NCBI GenBank assembly: GCA_002269645.1
Contig: NIVC01003594.1
Span: 1-64,000 of the forward strand
DNA length: 64,000 bases
Direction of reading: 5' to 3'
From: Macrostomum lignano
Taxonomy: Eukaryota
Under the pieces are notes generated by a model. That model saw only the letters and a program-made list of their open reading frames with translations. It did not search any database and had not been told where the DNA came from. The position numbers were made by a program, and so were the translations under genes. Shown here one piece after another: positions 1-20,512 of this stretch. Each line of letters starts with the position of its first letter. Positions within the stretch are counted from its first letter, which is position 1.

Positions 1-603
1 AATCGCCCTCTAGCCTAATCTAGAATCGCCCTCTAGCCTAATCTTGAACCACCCTATTGTCTAATCTAGAATCGCCCTCCAGCCTAATCTAGAATCGCCC
101 TCTAGCCTAATCTAGAATCGCCCTCTAGCCTAATCTTGAACCACCCTATTGTCTAATCTAGAATCGCCCTCCAGCCTAATCTAGAACCACCCTAATAGTC
201 TAATCTAAAAATCGCCCTCTACCTAATCTAGAATCGCCCTCTAGCCTAATCTAGAACCACCCTATAGCCTAATCTAGAACCACCCTATAGTCTAATCTAG
301 AATCGCCTCTAGCCTAATCTAGAATCGCCCTCCAGCCTAATCTAGAACCACCCTATAGTCTAATCTAAAATCGCCATCTAGCCTAATCTAGAATCGCCCT
401 CTAGCCTAATCTAGAATCGCCCTCCAGCCTAATCTAAAACCACCCTATAGTCTAATCTAAAATCGCCATCTAGCCTAATCTAGAATCGCCCTCTAGCCTA
501 ATCTAGAATCGCCCTCCAGCCTAATCTAAAACCACCCTATAGTCTAATCTAAAATCGCCATCTAGCCTAATCTAGAATCGCCCTCTAGCCTAATTTAGAA
601 TCG
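1..603. repeat. 23-bp tandem minisatellite (AATCGCCCTCTAGCCTAATCTAG and an AACCACCCTATAGTCTAATCTAG variant), runs off the window start
   Basis: Direct periodicity: the unit restarts at positions 1 and 24. Confidence 0.95.
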
Positions 604-986
604 TCATTGAGTCTACGAAGAATCCTGTATGTACTATCAACCTGTACGATTACCTGCTGCTGCACTGCAAACTCAAATCCTTCTATCTCAATTCAGACAA
701 TAGCATGCTTCAATTCTTCATTTTATCTGCTTTCGCTTTTTTGTATTGCCCCAAAAACGCATCTACCTGGCTGCCTCAGATCCCCTGGTTCGGATTAGCT
801 GGCTTTATTAGCCAAGCCGAAAATCAATTGCGTGCGTTTTTGTGTTTAAAATTTTCAATACTCGAAATAACAAAGTTCAAAGCATAATTGTGATAAATTC
901 TGTTTGCGCTTTTTCACTAGCTAATGGTCCTGTGTATGCTGCATAAGCGGAGTACTTATTGGTTGCTGCTCATTTCTGAGCCACCC

Positions 987-1250
987 AAACAGCGCGACGC
1001 GCCACTCAAACGGCGCCACTTAAACAGCGCCATTCAAACGGCGCCACTCAAAAAGCGCCGCTCAAAAGGCGCCACTTAAACAGCGCCATTCACACGGCGC
1101 CACTCAAAAAGCGCCGTTTAAAAGGCGCTACTCAAACGGCGCCGCTCAAAAGGCGCCGCTCATAAGGTGCCGCTCAAAAGGCCGCTCAAAAGGCGCCACT
1201 CCAGCAACGCCATTCACACGGCGCCATTCAAAAGGCGACACCCAAACGAC
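987..1250. repeat. Degenerate ~15-16-bp tandem repeat (CGGCGCCACTCAAA)
   Basis: Repeated GGCGCC/CTCAAA motif visible directly. Confidence 0.85.
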
Positions 1251-1709
1251 GCTTTTTGTTTCCAATTTTATTATAAATTGGATTCTTTTGATAATAATAA
1301 TTTTTCTGTACTTCTGCCGCACATAAGTGTTGACCAGTGATTTATTTATAATCCGCGCATTTATGACTAATGCGCCTTAGCTACTAGTTGACGCTGACGC
1401 CATCTATTGCCACAAAAGTATACATGGAGATAGTACCAATATAAATGGGAATTTGTTTATTCGCAGCTAGAATCCTCTCGTATTTTTCTCTCCCCACATC
1501 CTTTCTAGCTTTAGTAGCTAATAGACAGGCCGTTTCTATTTTTCATTAGTCTCCTCTTCCCGAGCTCTAGTCTTCGCTTTTGAGTCCGCTTCCAGCCGGC
1601 TGAGAGAGAGCTGCAGTTGCAAGCACAAGGAGACCGAAAAAACCCAGCAGTCTGGAGTGGCGACTTGCCATTTTTAGACAGCTGTAGGCTTTAGTTTAGT
1701 TTGCAAATG

Positions 1710-3186
1710 TAGGCTTACTGGGCTATTGCTGAGATTTCAAGGCTTACTGGGAATTGCTGAGATTTCAAGGCTTACTGGGGAATTGCTGAGATTTCAAGGC
1801 TTACTGGGGAATTTCTGAGATGTCAGTGCTTACTGGGTATTGCTGAGATTTCAAGGCTTACTGGGGAATTTCTGAGATGTCAGTGCTTACTGGGGTATTG
1901 CTGAGATGTCAGTGCTTACTGGGGAATTGCTGAGATGTCAAGGCTTACTGGGTATTGCTGAGATGTCAAGGCTTACTGGGGGAATTGCTGAGATGTCAAG
2001 GCTTACTGGGTATTGCTGAGATGTCAAGGCTTACTGGGAATTGCTGAGATGTCAAGGCTTACTGGGGTATTGCTGAGATGTCAAGGCTTACTGGGGTATT
2101 GCTGAGATGTCAGTGCTTACTGGGGTATTGCTGAGATTTCAAGACTTACTGGGGAATTTCTGAGATGTCAGTGCTTACTGGGGTATTGCTGAGATTTCAA
2201 GGCTTACTGGGGAATTCTGAGATGTCAGTGCTTACTGGGGTATTGCTGAGATGTCAGTGCTTACTGGGGAATTTCTGAGATGTCAGTGCTTACTGGGGTA
2301 TTGCTGAGATGTCAGTGCTTACTGGGTATTGCTGAGATTTCAAGGCTTACTGGGGAATTTCTGAGATGTCAGTGCTTACTGGGGTATTGCTGAGATGTCA
2401 GTGCTTACTGGGTATTGCTGAGATTTCAAGGCTTACTGGGGAATTTCTGAGATGTCAGTGCTTACTGGGGGTATTGCTGAGATGTCAAGGCTTACTGGGG
2501 TATTGCTGAGATTTCAAGGCTTACTGGGGGAATTTCTGAGATGTCAGTGCTTACTGGGGGTATTGCTGAGATGTCAGTGCTTACTGGGGTATTGCTGAGA
2601 TTTCAAGACTTACTGGGGAATTTCTGAGATGTCAGTGCTTACTGGGGTATTGCTGAGATGTCAAGGCTTACTGGGGTATTGCTGAGATGTCAGTGCTTAC
2701 TGGGGTATTGCTGAGATTTCAAGGCTTACTGGGGAATTTCTGAGATGTCAGTGCTTACTGGGGTATTGCTGAGATGTCAGTGCTTACTGGGGTATTGCTG
2801 AGATTTCAAGGCTTACTGGGGGAATTTCTGAGATGTCAGTGCTTACTGGGGGTATTGCTGAGATGTCAGTGCTTACTGGGGGTATTGCTGAGATTTCAAG
2901 ACTTACTGGGGGAATTTCTGAGATGTCAGTGCTTACTGGGGGTATTGCTGAGATGTCAAGGCTTACTGGGGGAATTGCTAAGAGTTCAATGCTTACTCAG
3001 GGAATTGCTAAGATGTCAAGGCTTACTGGGGGTATTGCTAAGAGTTCAAGGCTTACTGGAGGGCGGGTATTGCTGAGATGTCAAGGCTTACTGGGGAATC
3101 GCTAAGATGTGAAGTCATAGGATACGCATTAATAATTTTCTTCCCTTGCTAATTGGCCGCCCCAAAGGGAGACACAAGATTGCTAG
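1710..3186 (+). mobile_element. 3' fragment of the non-autonomous Helitron family, consisting mostly of an expanded 28-29-bp minisatellite (GCTTACTGGGGTATTGCTGAGATGTCAAG)
   Basis: Array at ~1710-3105, followed by an imperfect hairpin and AGATTGCTAG|T (CTAG 3183-3186). The same terminus occurs at 38840 and 48790, and the same unit occurs in degenerate form at 48100-48720 inside the complete copy. Confidence 0.7.
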
Positions 3187-3964
3187 TCTATGTAACTAAT
3201 CTTCAAGTATTATCATTAATTCGGTTTGGTAGAACTGAGTATGTCCTCTATGTTCTTGAGCAATTGGGTAAAGTACTTTTATCTTTTGTTTAAAAGTGCA
3301 ATAAATTCAAGCAATAAAAATGTTTTCTGCATTACAAACATTTATGCATAAGTTGAGGAAACAATAGTCAGCCTATAGTTGTCTGAAAGTGGCGGGTTTT
3401 GAGGGGAGTCGCCACTCCAGTCCAGACTGCTGGTTTTTTTGGGTCTCCTTGAGCCAAGCAAAGCCTGCCTGCTTCCTATTGGCTGGAACTGGCAAGGCCA
3501 GATAGTAGCTGCCGGATAGTTTAAACTGTCAAGCCTGTGCCAACCCCCCAGTCCCTGCCCACCCTCCTCACCCGCCTTAGGCAATGATTCGGGCATAAAA
3601 GCGTTACGATCGCGTGCAATGCTGCCTGTGCTCAGTCTCTCCGGCTTAAGCTCGCCTGTAAATACTAAATAGTTATAACAGACAACTCATTAAAACCGTG
3701 CTCGCCTTTGTCATTAGTCCTTTATTAATATTCGAGAAAATTGATTGCAAGCCTTACTCAGCAACATATTCGCTTGCATAGACTCGAATTCATAAATTGT
3801 AGTGTTAAAGTAAGCATCTGGAACTTAAAGCTTGAATTATAGGGTGAAAATTTATAAATCAAACGGCATTATCTATTTGTTGCAGATAAATCGGGTCGGT
3901 CGCAAAGCAGTTAAAAAGCGTTGACAAGGTTGACAAGCCAACAATAGATCCGCTGTCCGCTAAG

Positions 3965-11268
<7,304 letters not shown>

Positions 11269-11579
11269 AAGTGGGCAAGATGGATTCCTCAGTGACTGAC
11301 AGCACAAACTGCAGCTGAATATTCAGTGTTGAATATCTGTTCCACTATTTTGCTTTGTTGCCTGTCTTTGTTCTTTTTTAGCCAGTTCAACACAGATAGG
11401 CTCTATTGGAGTCTGTTTTTAGTTTTCGTTTTGTACGCTCCTAATGGCGAGTCTCTTTAGTAGTATTTAATAGTATACGAGCGTACAAAAGAGCAATATC
11501 TCGACAGTCTGAACAGAGGTGTTTGACAAATTAGAAACAAAGTCATAAATAGAATATAATCCCTCGACCTACAAGACCG

Positions 11580-12190
11580 CGCATGACCACCGGAACCCAC
11601 ATGACACAATGACTACATGACCTAATATGACCCCATGACCCCACGATCCACATGACCCTACATAACCCCAAACGACCCCATGACCCGTACATGACCTTAC
11701 CTACACGACTGACATGACCCGATGACCCGATGATTCTCATGACTCCATGATCCACAACCCACATGACCCCATGAGTCATGACCTCATGAGCCACATGACC
11801 CCATGACTCTCATGACTCCATGACCCATGACCCACAACCCACTTGACTTCATGTCCCAATGACCCCATGATCCTATGACCCACATGACCCAATGACCCAC
11901 ATGATCCACATGACCTCATAAGCCACATGACCCCATGACTCTCATGACTCCATGACCCACGACCCACATATGACCCACATATGACCCACATGACCCTATG
12001 ACCCACATGACCCACATGACCCTATGACCCACGACCCACATGACCCCATGACCCACATGATCCCGTGACCCACATGACCAAATATGAACCCAAACGACTC
12101 CATGACCCGTACATGACCCTACCTACATAACCCAATATAACCCTACATGACCCATGACCCCACGTGACCCCATGACCCACATGACCCAAG
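11580..12190. repeat. Degenerate ATGACCC(C)/CACATGACC short-unit satellite downstream of MEF2
   Basis: Direct inspection. Confidence 0.9.
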
Positions 12191-13261
12191 CGCCATAGCT
12201 ACGCTTTTGGTTAAACTTCTATGAAGTAAAATTGTCAGTAGGTTTTCGAAGACCCTCGCCTTTTCCCCTGCTATTTCATAACAACCTGCTCATTGTTCTT
12301 CAGAGCTTTTATTTTTGATCTGGCGTGACTTTCACCGTGTTTGTCGCATACTTGGCTACTATATGTGCTATACAATTGTTTCTAATCTGTTTGTGAGTTT
12401 TAGTGAGTCAGAAAATAATCAAAACACAGCCTCAGCCAGCCAGGTAGAAATCTTATTTAAATTTCAAATCATTTCATCACATTTATTTTTGAGCAGTTAA
12501 GAATCGGCCCTACTCACAGTGCAGTTTCTATATTTATTAATTACATTTTTGCATGCCTGTCTTCAATGCAATAGCGGCGCAAGTCGTGTACACACAAGAG
12601 CAGAGATTCTAGAAACGTGTTTTTGTGTGCTCCGCCCTCTATTAGTTTGTATTATATTTGTTAATCATTTTTACACGCTGCGTTCACGTCAGACATTGTC
12701 ATTTTTTGTTTGTTTTGTGTCCGCGCGCATAGTCTGAGAGCTGTGTTCCCCTTTTTTTCAGTTTCTGACCCGTTCGCCGCTCAGTTTGGGGGGCGCGAGT
12801 TCGATTCTGTTTTTGTTTATTTTCCGGATTGATTTTCTTATAGTTTTTGTGTTGTTTGTTTGAATGCAGGGTAACAGTGTTTATTTATAAGCCCGTGCTA
12901 TTGCTTTCACTGTTGTTTCTGGGATAGAAATGATTGTAGGGGATTTTTTGTACCCGATTCATGAATAAGCAATTCCTGTTCTGTGTACATAGTAGCCTGT
13001 AAAATAATTGTGCATTAAAGGTAGCTGAGTTCAAGTCTCCTACCTGTTTCCTGCTTATATCTGTACAGTCTTAGTCTTGGTTTTGTTGCCGTCTCACTCT
13101 CTGTGTCTCTCAGTTGCTCTTTGTTTCTGTCTTTGTGTTTTTTATCTATTGGGCTACGTGTGCACTCGTGACCACTGCCCCGTTGCTATGGAGACGAGAA
13201 CGACTGGGAAACTGTAATTATTGTGTAGCACACCTATCTCGCTTCTGCTGGTCGGCCGCTG

Positions 13262-13610
13262 TCACCATCTCTCACTCTATCTCTATCCTTTCTCACTCCA
13301 TCTTTATCTCTATCTCTCACTATCTCTATCCTTTCTCACTCCATCTTTATCTCTATCTCTCACTATCTCTATCCTTTCTCACTCCATCTTTATCTCTATC
13401 TCTCACTCTATCTCTATCCATTTCTCACTCCATCTCTATCCATTTCTCACTTTATCTCTATCCATCTCTCACTCTATCTCTATCCATTTCTCACTCCATC
13501 TCTATCCATTTCTCACTCTATCTCTATCCATCTCTCACTCTATCTCTATCCATCTCTCACTCCATCTCTATCCATCTCTCTCTTTCTCTCTCTCCCTCTC
13601 CCTCTCTGAT
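13262..13610. repeat. CT/TCTATC low-complexity repeat
   Basis: Direct inspection. Confidence 0.9.
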
Positions 13611-14033
13611 TGTCTATCCGCCCCTCGATCACATCACTCTTTGCTCATTCACAAATTGCGCCATTCGATTATTTGACAACCTTTGTCGAACTAATAAATT
13701 TGGTAACATTTTTTGTGTTCTTTTTCTAAGAGCCTTTGAATGGACGAACGGTCTTTGTGCAAAAACATATTCATTCGTTATTTAAGATTTTTGAGTCCGG
13801 AGATACAGATTAATAATAATCCACTAGACTATAACTTGAGAGTGACTGGTGTGTCGCATCCTTATACTGCTTGGTTTTTTTTTCTAATTATTTTCTTTTT
13901 TCTCTCTTCTTAATAAGAAAAGAGCTTAAAACTGTTTACTTAGGTACCAGTAGGAATATAAATTTCCTAAAAAAATTGTTTGTTTTATCCAATATGTTTT
14001 CAAAGGGCTTACTTACCTTTTCCCCCAGTCTAT

Positions 14034-14112
14034 GGGCCGTATGCAGAAAGCCTAGTCCAGACTAGCTTTTCAAGACCGGACTACCCTAGACAGAGCTTTC
14101 TGCATACGGCCC
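14034..14112. mobile_element. 79-bp micro-MITE with perfect 18-bp TIRs (GGGCCGTATGCAGAAAGC) and 3-bp TSD TAT; PIF/Harbinger-like
   Basis: Arms 14034-14051 and 14095-14112 are exact reverse complements. TAT occurs at 14031-14033 and 14113-14115. Superfamily inferred from GGGCC ends and a 3-bp AT-rich TSD. Confidence 0.7.
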
Positions 14113-15061
14113 TATATCTCTTGTGCTATATGGAGAGAGAATCATTTATAAAGTTTCTAGTTAGACAAGGCCACGCCGAACTCAGCAACTAGCGGTGCAA
14201 TTTAGACAGATCCTCGTTTCACTCTCAATTGTCTATGGCTAAAAGGGGTTGCCATCATAATCTGGCGATTTGAAATTTATAGGAATTTATTGTGTTTTTT
14301 TTTAGTTTTTGTTCCTATATAGGCTAGGCTTCACCTGTTAGGCAGGTGTCATACTGTAGGTTTCTGCGACAATCTGATTTGATAATATTCCCAGTATAGG
14401 GCATCTCTTGACCCAGCTGAGAATCGAAATGGATGAAGATGGATGGTGCGAAGCCATTCTGGTATTACCGGGATCCCTGCATGCTTGATGCTGGGTGGCA
14501 TGAAACTGTCCCTAATTCACCTATAGATGGAATCTGAACAACAAAACAAGAATGGTTTCGTCGCAATATTATCTTCTAAAAGCAGAGAACAAATAATTTT
14601 GTTGTCTCTTTTTGTTATAAAAAAACGGTTCCTGACTCCAGTGTCTGTTTAGCATTGTTTGAAGGACAGAAAGCTTATCTTCATGCCCGTGTTTTGCTGT
14701 CGAGAATTTTACTGAGTAACCTGCTAAATTTAAATGCCGCCCTGTCAAACGCATGGCTGAACTGCTATCACTAGGAGTTCGTCTGTTGCGGCTTCTTCCC
14801 AATTTCACGTTTGTTTCTGTGGCGGCGAGTTCTGCTTTGATGTTTCCGAACTCTCCGGTTCATTGTTCCGAATCTGGGGCTTTTTGTGACACAAAGCTAG
14901 TCAGACTCTTTAAGGGTATTCAAGTTTCTAAAAAACTATTTCCAATCAAGCGTGGAGAATTTCCCATTGTATCTGTTTGGTAGAATTGATTTTGATGAGT
15001 CTTTGTTCCAGGGATTTTCGCAATCTCTATTGTAGCTTAGACCCAAAAAATTAAAGTCAAG

Positions 15062-15815
15062 TATTCTGCCGTCTCCTACAGCTGGTCCCCAAGCCACAGT
15101 TTGATATCTGCCATCTCCTGCAGCTGGTCCCCAAGCCACAGTCTGATATGTGCCATCTCCTGCAGCTGGTCCCCAAGCCACAGTCTGATATGTGCCATCT
15201 CCTGCAGCTGGTCCCCAAGCCACAGTTTGATATGTGCCATCTCCTGCAGCTGGTCCCCAAGCCACAGTCTGATATGTGCCATCTCCTGCAGCTGGTCCCC
15301 AAGCCACAGTCTGATATCTGCCATCTCCTACAGCTGGTCCCCAAGCCACAGTCTGATATGTGCCATCTCCTGCAGCTGGTCCTTAAGCCACAGTCTAATA
15401 TCTGCCATCTCCTGCAGCTGGTCCCCAAGCCACAGTCTGATATCTGCCATCTCCTGCAGCTGGTCCCCAAGCCACAGTCTGATATCTGCCATCTCCTGCA
15501 GCTGGTCCCCAAGCCACAGTCTGATATGTGCCATCTCCTGCAGCTGGTCCCCAAGCCACAGTCTGATATCTGCCATCTCCTACAGCTGGTCCCCAAGCTA
15601 CAGTCTGATATGTGCCATCTCCTGCAGCTGGTCCCCAAGCCACAGTCTGATATCTGCCATCTCCTACAGCTGGTCCCCAAGCCACAGTCTGATATGTGCC
15701 ATCTCCTGCAGCTGGTCCCTAAGCCACAGTCTAATATGTGCCATCTCCTACAGCTGGTCCCCAAGCAAAGTCTAATATGTGCCATCTCCTACAGCTGGTC
15801 CCCAAGCAAAGTCTA
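15062..15815. repeat. 42-bp minisatellite (TGCCATCTCCTGCAGCTGGTCCCCAAGCCACAGTCTGATATG)
   Basis: Direct periodicity; 14-aa periodic ORFs on both strands. Confidence 0.97.
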
Positions 15816-16423
15816 ATATGTGCAGTTCATCAGTTGCTGCATTCTTGCAATCGGATAGGGGTGTTTGGGATTTTTATCCTGCCTATGCCTAGGCTAATCC
15901 TCTCGATTTCTCCTGAGATCTGCCACCCCTCCTTCTCTTGACGATGCCGATGAGGCAGGGAAGAGAAGCGGCTGGGATGGCGCAGTCGATGAGAGCTACA
16001 TGATCTTCACAGCGCGCAGGAAACAATAAATGTAGGGATAACTTGCTTCTGAGTATAGGCATAAGAGAGAGGGGAAGCGAAGGCTGCTCCAAGTAGCGAG
16101 TTTCTTCTCTGATGCGGGGCAGGGGGGGGGTGCTGGGTGCGCACTTGCAGGAGGAGTAAGGAGGGGGGTGTTTCACCTTTGTGTGTCTCACGCGCTTCCT
16201 GGCTGCTAATTAATTAGGAGCTGAGAGCGGCAGCAGAGAGCAGCGCGTCCGACCTTTTCTATGCCATGCGGATTTCTCCGCCGCTTTTCCGTTTCTCTCT
16301 GAGCTCCCCTTTAATCCCCAGCTAGCCGTGTACTTCCCTTTTGTATGGCTGGCGTATTGAATTTTTTTAAATCCCCAATTCACTTTTGCTAGTTTGACTC
16401 TATAGAAATATAGAATCTACATC

Positions 16424-17440
16424 ACAAACTAGAGCCTTCACAAACTAGAGCCTTCACAAACTAGTGACTTCACAAATAGAGCCTTCACAAACTAGAGCCT
16501 TCACAAACTAGAGCTTTCACAAACTAGAGCCTTCACAAACTAGAGCTTTCACAAACTATAGCCTTCGCAAACTAGAGCCTTCACAAACTATAGCCTTCAC
16601 AAACTAGTGACTTCACAAACTAGTGACTTCACAAACTAGAGCCTTCACAAACTAGAGCCTTCACAAACTAGAGCTTTCACAAACTAGAGCCTTCACAAAC
16701 TAGAGCTTTCACAAACTATAGCCTTCGCAAACTAGAGCCTTCACAAACTATAGCCTTCACAAACTAGTGACTTCACAAACTAGTGACTTCACAAACTAGA
16801 GCCTTCACAAACTAGAGCTTTCACAAACTAGAGCCTTCACAAACTAGAGCTTTCACAAACTAGAGCTTTCACAAACTAGAGCTTTCACAAACTAGAGCCT
16901 TCACAAACTAGAGCCTTCACAATTTAGAGCCTTCACAAACTAGAGCTTTCACAAACTAGTGCCTTCCAAAGCTAGTGCCTTCACAAACTAGTGACTTCAC
17001 AAACTAGAGCATTCACAAACTAGATCCTTCACAAACTAGAGCCTTCACAAACTATAGCCTTCGCAAACTAGAGCCTTCACAAACTATAGCCTTCACAAAC
17101 TAGTGACTTCACAAACTAGAGCCTTCACAAACTAGAGCTTTCACAAATTAGAGCCTTCACAAACTAGAGCTTTCACAAACTAGAGCTTTCACAAATTAGA
17201 GCCTTCACAAACTAGAGCTTTCACAAACTAGAGCTTTCACAAACTAGAGCTTTCACAAACTAGTGCCTTCACAAACTAGTGCCTTCACAAACTATAGCCT
17301 TCACAAACTAGAGCTTTCACAAACTAGAGCTTTCACAAACTAGTGCCTTCACAAACTAGTGCCTTCACAAACTATAGCCTTCACAAACTAGAGCCTTCAC
17401 AAACTAGTGACTTCATAAACTAGAGCCTTCACAAGCTATA
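16424..17440. repeat. 16-bp minisatellite (AGAGCCTTCACAAACT)
   Basis: Direct periodicity. Confidence 0.97.
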
Positions 17441-17620
17441 TACGAGTAATATAAAAAACTAGAGCCTTCAAACTCAATTATATTAGAGTGGCTAACTATT
17501 GCAATAGATTATGAAATAAAGCCTCACTAATTCGCTAATTTTTTTAACTTGCATATTTGTTGCAGCCTTTTCACTCTGAGCTGCACTTCTGGCAGCCCAA
17601 TCTTAATCTCCTTTGTCCGC

Positions 17621-20233
17621 ATGGAGTCCGCGCTATCTTCAGTGAAGTCCAGCCTGCGCCCCGTCACCACCCGGGTGACCTCGCAGACCGGACTGGTGAC
17701 GCTTGAAAGGCGCGACGGCTGCTTGATGAACGAGGAGGCTGCCGAGGCTCAGGCGGAATCTGATAAAGAGTCCGTGTTCGCCAGACATGGATTTATTCCT
17801 CTGACTAAACCGGATCTGCAGGTGAGCACTTGTCTGCTTTTTCTCCCTCGTAGCTTTTCAACTCATTGGCAGAGGGTTCAATCGATATGTATCGAAAGCA
17901 TCGTATCGGTGCAGTTTTAGCCGATATGTATCGAAAGTATCGTATCTGTGCAGTTTTAGCCGATATGTATCGAAAATATCGTTTCGATTCAGTTTTAGCC
18001 GATATGTATCGAAAGTATCGTATCGGTGCAGTTTTAGCCGATATGTATCAGAAGTATCGTATCGGTGTAGTTTTAGCCGATAGGTATCGAAAGTATAGTG
18101 TTGGTGCAGTTTTAGCCGATATGTATCGAAAGTATCGTATCGGTGCAGTTTTAGCCGATATGTATCGAAAATATCGTATCAGTACAGTTTTAGCGATATG
18201 TATCGAAAGTATCATAATTGGTACAGGTTTAGCCTATATGTATCGAAAATCAAATTATACGTGTACTATGTGTCTGTTTTTTTATTCGTTCAAACTGCAG
18301 CAGAAGATCAGCAAGGCGAACAGAAGGGGTATCGGTCAGAAAAAACGCAACGGCCCCCAATTATGATTCGAGAATCGATAGGGGAAAATTTTGCCAGCTG
18401 CTCATTAATCTATAGTGGCTTCGCTAAAGCTCTTGCAAGCTCTTCTGTCTTTTTTGCCCGCCGCTTCTCAAAGCACAGCTGAGTCCGGCAGCCTACAGCA
18501 TATTTTTCTTCCTATTTTGTATAGCAGCTCCGCCTTGGGCGCTTGTTTTAGAATTCATCGTTTCGGCTTTGAATTTCTCTCACCAAAGGCGCAGCCATCC
18601 CGGTTTTAGCCAGGACGTTCTTTAGTGCATTTTCACTTCCACTGCGGGTCCTAGCTGAGTTTTTGTCAATATTTTTGTGCTGGGAAATAAAGCTTTCGAT
18701 GCTTAATTAACAATAGCGTGTAAGGATCTGTGTAATGGTTTCTAATCCCCGTTTGGGATGGGAATATTTTTGCTTATCAGTGGGTTGGGGAGGCGATCTG
18801 TTTGATTATCAGTGGGTTGGGGAGGCGATCTGTTTGATTATCAGTGGGTTGGGGAGGCGATCTGTGTGATTATCAGTGGTTGGGGAGGCGATCTGTGTGA
18901 TTATCAGTGGGTTGGGGAGGCGATCTGTGTGATTATCAGTCGGTTGGGGAGGCGATCTGTGTGATTATCAGTGGGTTGGGGAGGCGATCTGTTTGATTAT
19001 CAGTCGGTTGGGGAGGCGATCTGTTTGATTATCAGTGGGTTGGGGAGGCGATCTGTGTGATTATCAGTGGGTTGGGGAGGCGATCTGTGTGATTATCAGT
19101 GGGTTGGGGAGGCGATCTGTGTGATTATCAGTCGGTTGGGAAGGCGATCTGTTTGATTATCAGTGGGTTGGGGAGGCGATCTGTTTGATTATCAGTGGGT
19201 TGGGGAGGCGATCTGTTTGATTATCAGTCGGTTGGGGAGGCGATCTGTTTGATTATCAGTGGGTTGGGGAGGCGATCTGTGTGATTATCAGTGGGTTGGG
19301 GAGGCGATCTGTGTGATTATCAGTCGGTTGGGGAGGCGATCTGTTTGATTATCAGTCGGTTGGGGCTGCAATCTGTGTGATTATCAGTCGGTTGGGGAGG
19401 CGATCTGTGTGATTATCAGTCGGTTGGGGAGGCGATCTGTGTGATTATCAGTGGGTTGGGGAGGCGATCTGTGTGATTATCAGTCGGTTGGGGAGGCGAT
19501 CTGTGTGATTATCAGTCGGTTGGGGAGGCGATCTGTGTGATTATCAGTGGGTTGGGGAGGCAATCTGTTTGATTATCAGTGGGTTGGGGAGGCGATCTGT
19601 GTGATTATCAGAGGTTAGGCAGTTTCTCTACCTTTTCATAGGGGACGATTTGCCGAACAGGCAGTTGCTTTACATATAATCAAACGTACACAAGCTTCAT
19701 ACGCTCAAGTTTACTGCCAGTAGTCTATGTGAGACTTTACAAATGGGATAAAATCTAAGCGCAAATCCCCACTGCAGGTCGGCTGCGTCCTGCCGCACCT
19801 GCTTGTCGGCTCGCAAGACGCCGCGGCAGACGGGCCGACCCTTCACCGCTACTGCATCAGCCACGTGGTCAACCTGGCGCACCCCGCCGTGCGGCCGCGC
19901 CCGCCCCCGGAGATTCGCCTGGACGCCACCCTCCAACTGGCCGTCCTGGACACCGACCAGCAGCAGCTGCGTCCGCATCTGGCCGGGGTGGCCGACTTTA
20001 TCGACGCCTGCCGCGACTCCGGCGGTGTCTGTCTGCTGCACTGCAACGCCGGCGTGTCGCGGGCGCCGACATTTGCGGCGGCCTACTTGATCCTGCGCCG
20101 TGGCCTCGGCTTCGAGGCCGCTCTCGCCCAGGTCCGAGCCGCCAGGCCGGCCGCCCGGCCCAATGCCAACTTCCTGCGGCAGCTCCGGCTGCTGGCCGAG
20201 GAGATGGCGGCTGGCGGGCACGACACAGTCTAG
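17621..20233 (+). CDS. DUSP19: Atypical dual-specificity phosphatase, DUSP19-like, join(17621..17821,19778..20233), ~218 aa
   Basis: N-terminal LRPVTTRVTSQTG and PDLQ|VG..LLVGSQDAA motifs typical of DUSP19. General-acid Asp (VLD), intact HCNAGVSR P-loop and ARP...PNANFLRQL. Phase-0 intron CAG|gtgagc ... ctgcag|GTC. Confidence 0.88.
17882..18250. repeat. 39-bp minisatellite in the DUSP19 intron
   Basis: Unit GATATGTATCGAAAGTATCGTATCGGTGCAGTTTTAGCC. Confidence 0.93.
18775..19612. repeat. 32-bp G-rich minisatellite in the DUSP19 intron (TTATCAGTGGGTTGGGGAGGCGATCTGTGTGA)
   Basis: Direct periodicity. Confidence 0.97.
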
Positions 20234-20235
20234 AC

Positions 20236-20512
20236 TGCCTCTCACCCTGCCTCACCCTGCCTCTCACCCTGCCTCACCCTGCCTCTCACCCTGCCTCACC
20301 CTGCCTCTCACCCTGCCTCACCCTGCCTCTCACTCTCACCCTGCCTCTCACTCTCACCCTGCCTCTCACTCTCACTCTGCCTCTCACCTTTTTCTTCACC
20401 CTGCCTCTCACCCTTACCTTCACCCTGCCTCTCACCCTTACCTTCACCCTGCCTCTCACCCTTCTCTTCACCATGCCTCTCACCCCTAATCTCACTCTGC
20501 CTCACCCTGACT
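20236..20512. repeat. ~12-bp CTCACCCTGCCT repeat in the DUSP19 3'UTR; AATAAA at 20520-20525
   Basis: Direct inspection. Confidence 0.88.

Noticed and set aside
15062-19612. Regular 32-42-bp arrays as possible CRISPR arrays
   Set aside because: Units are head-to-tail with no unique spacers, no cas genes are present, and the context is eukaryotic.
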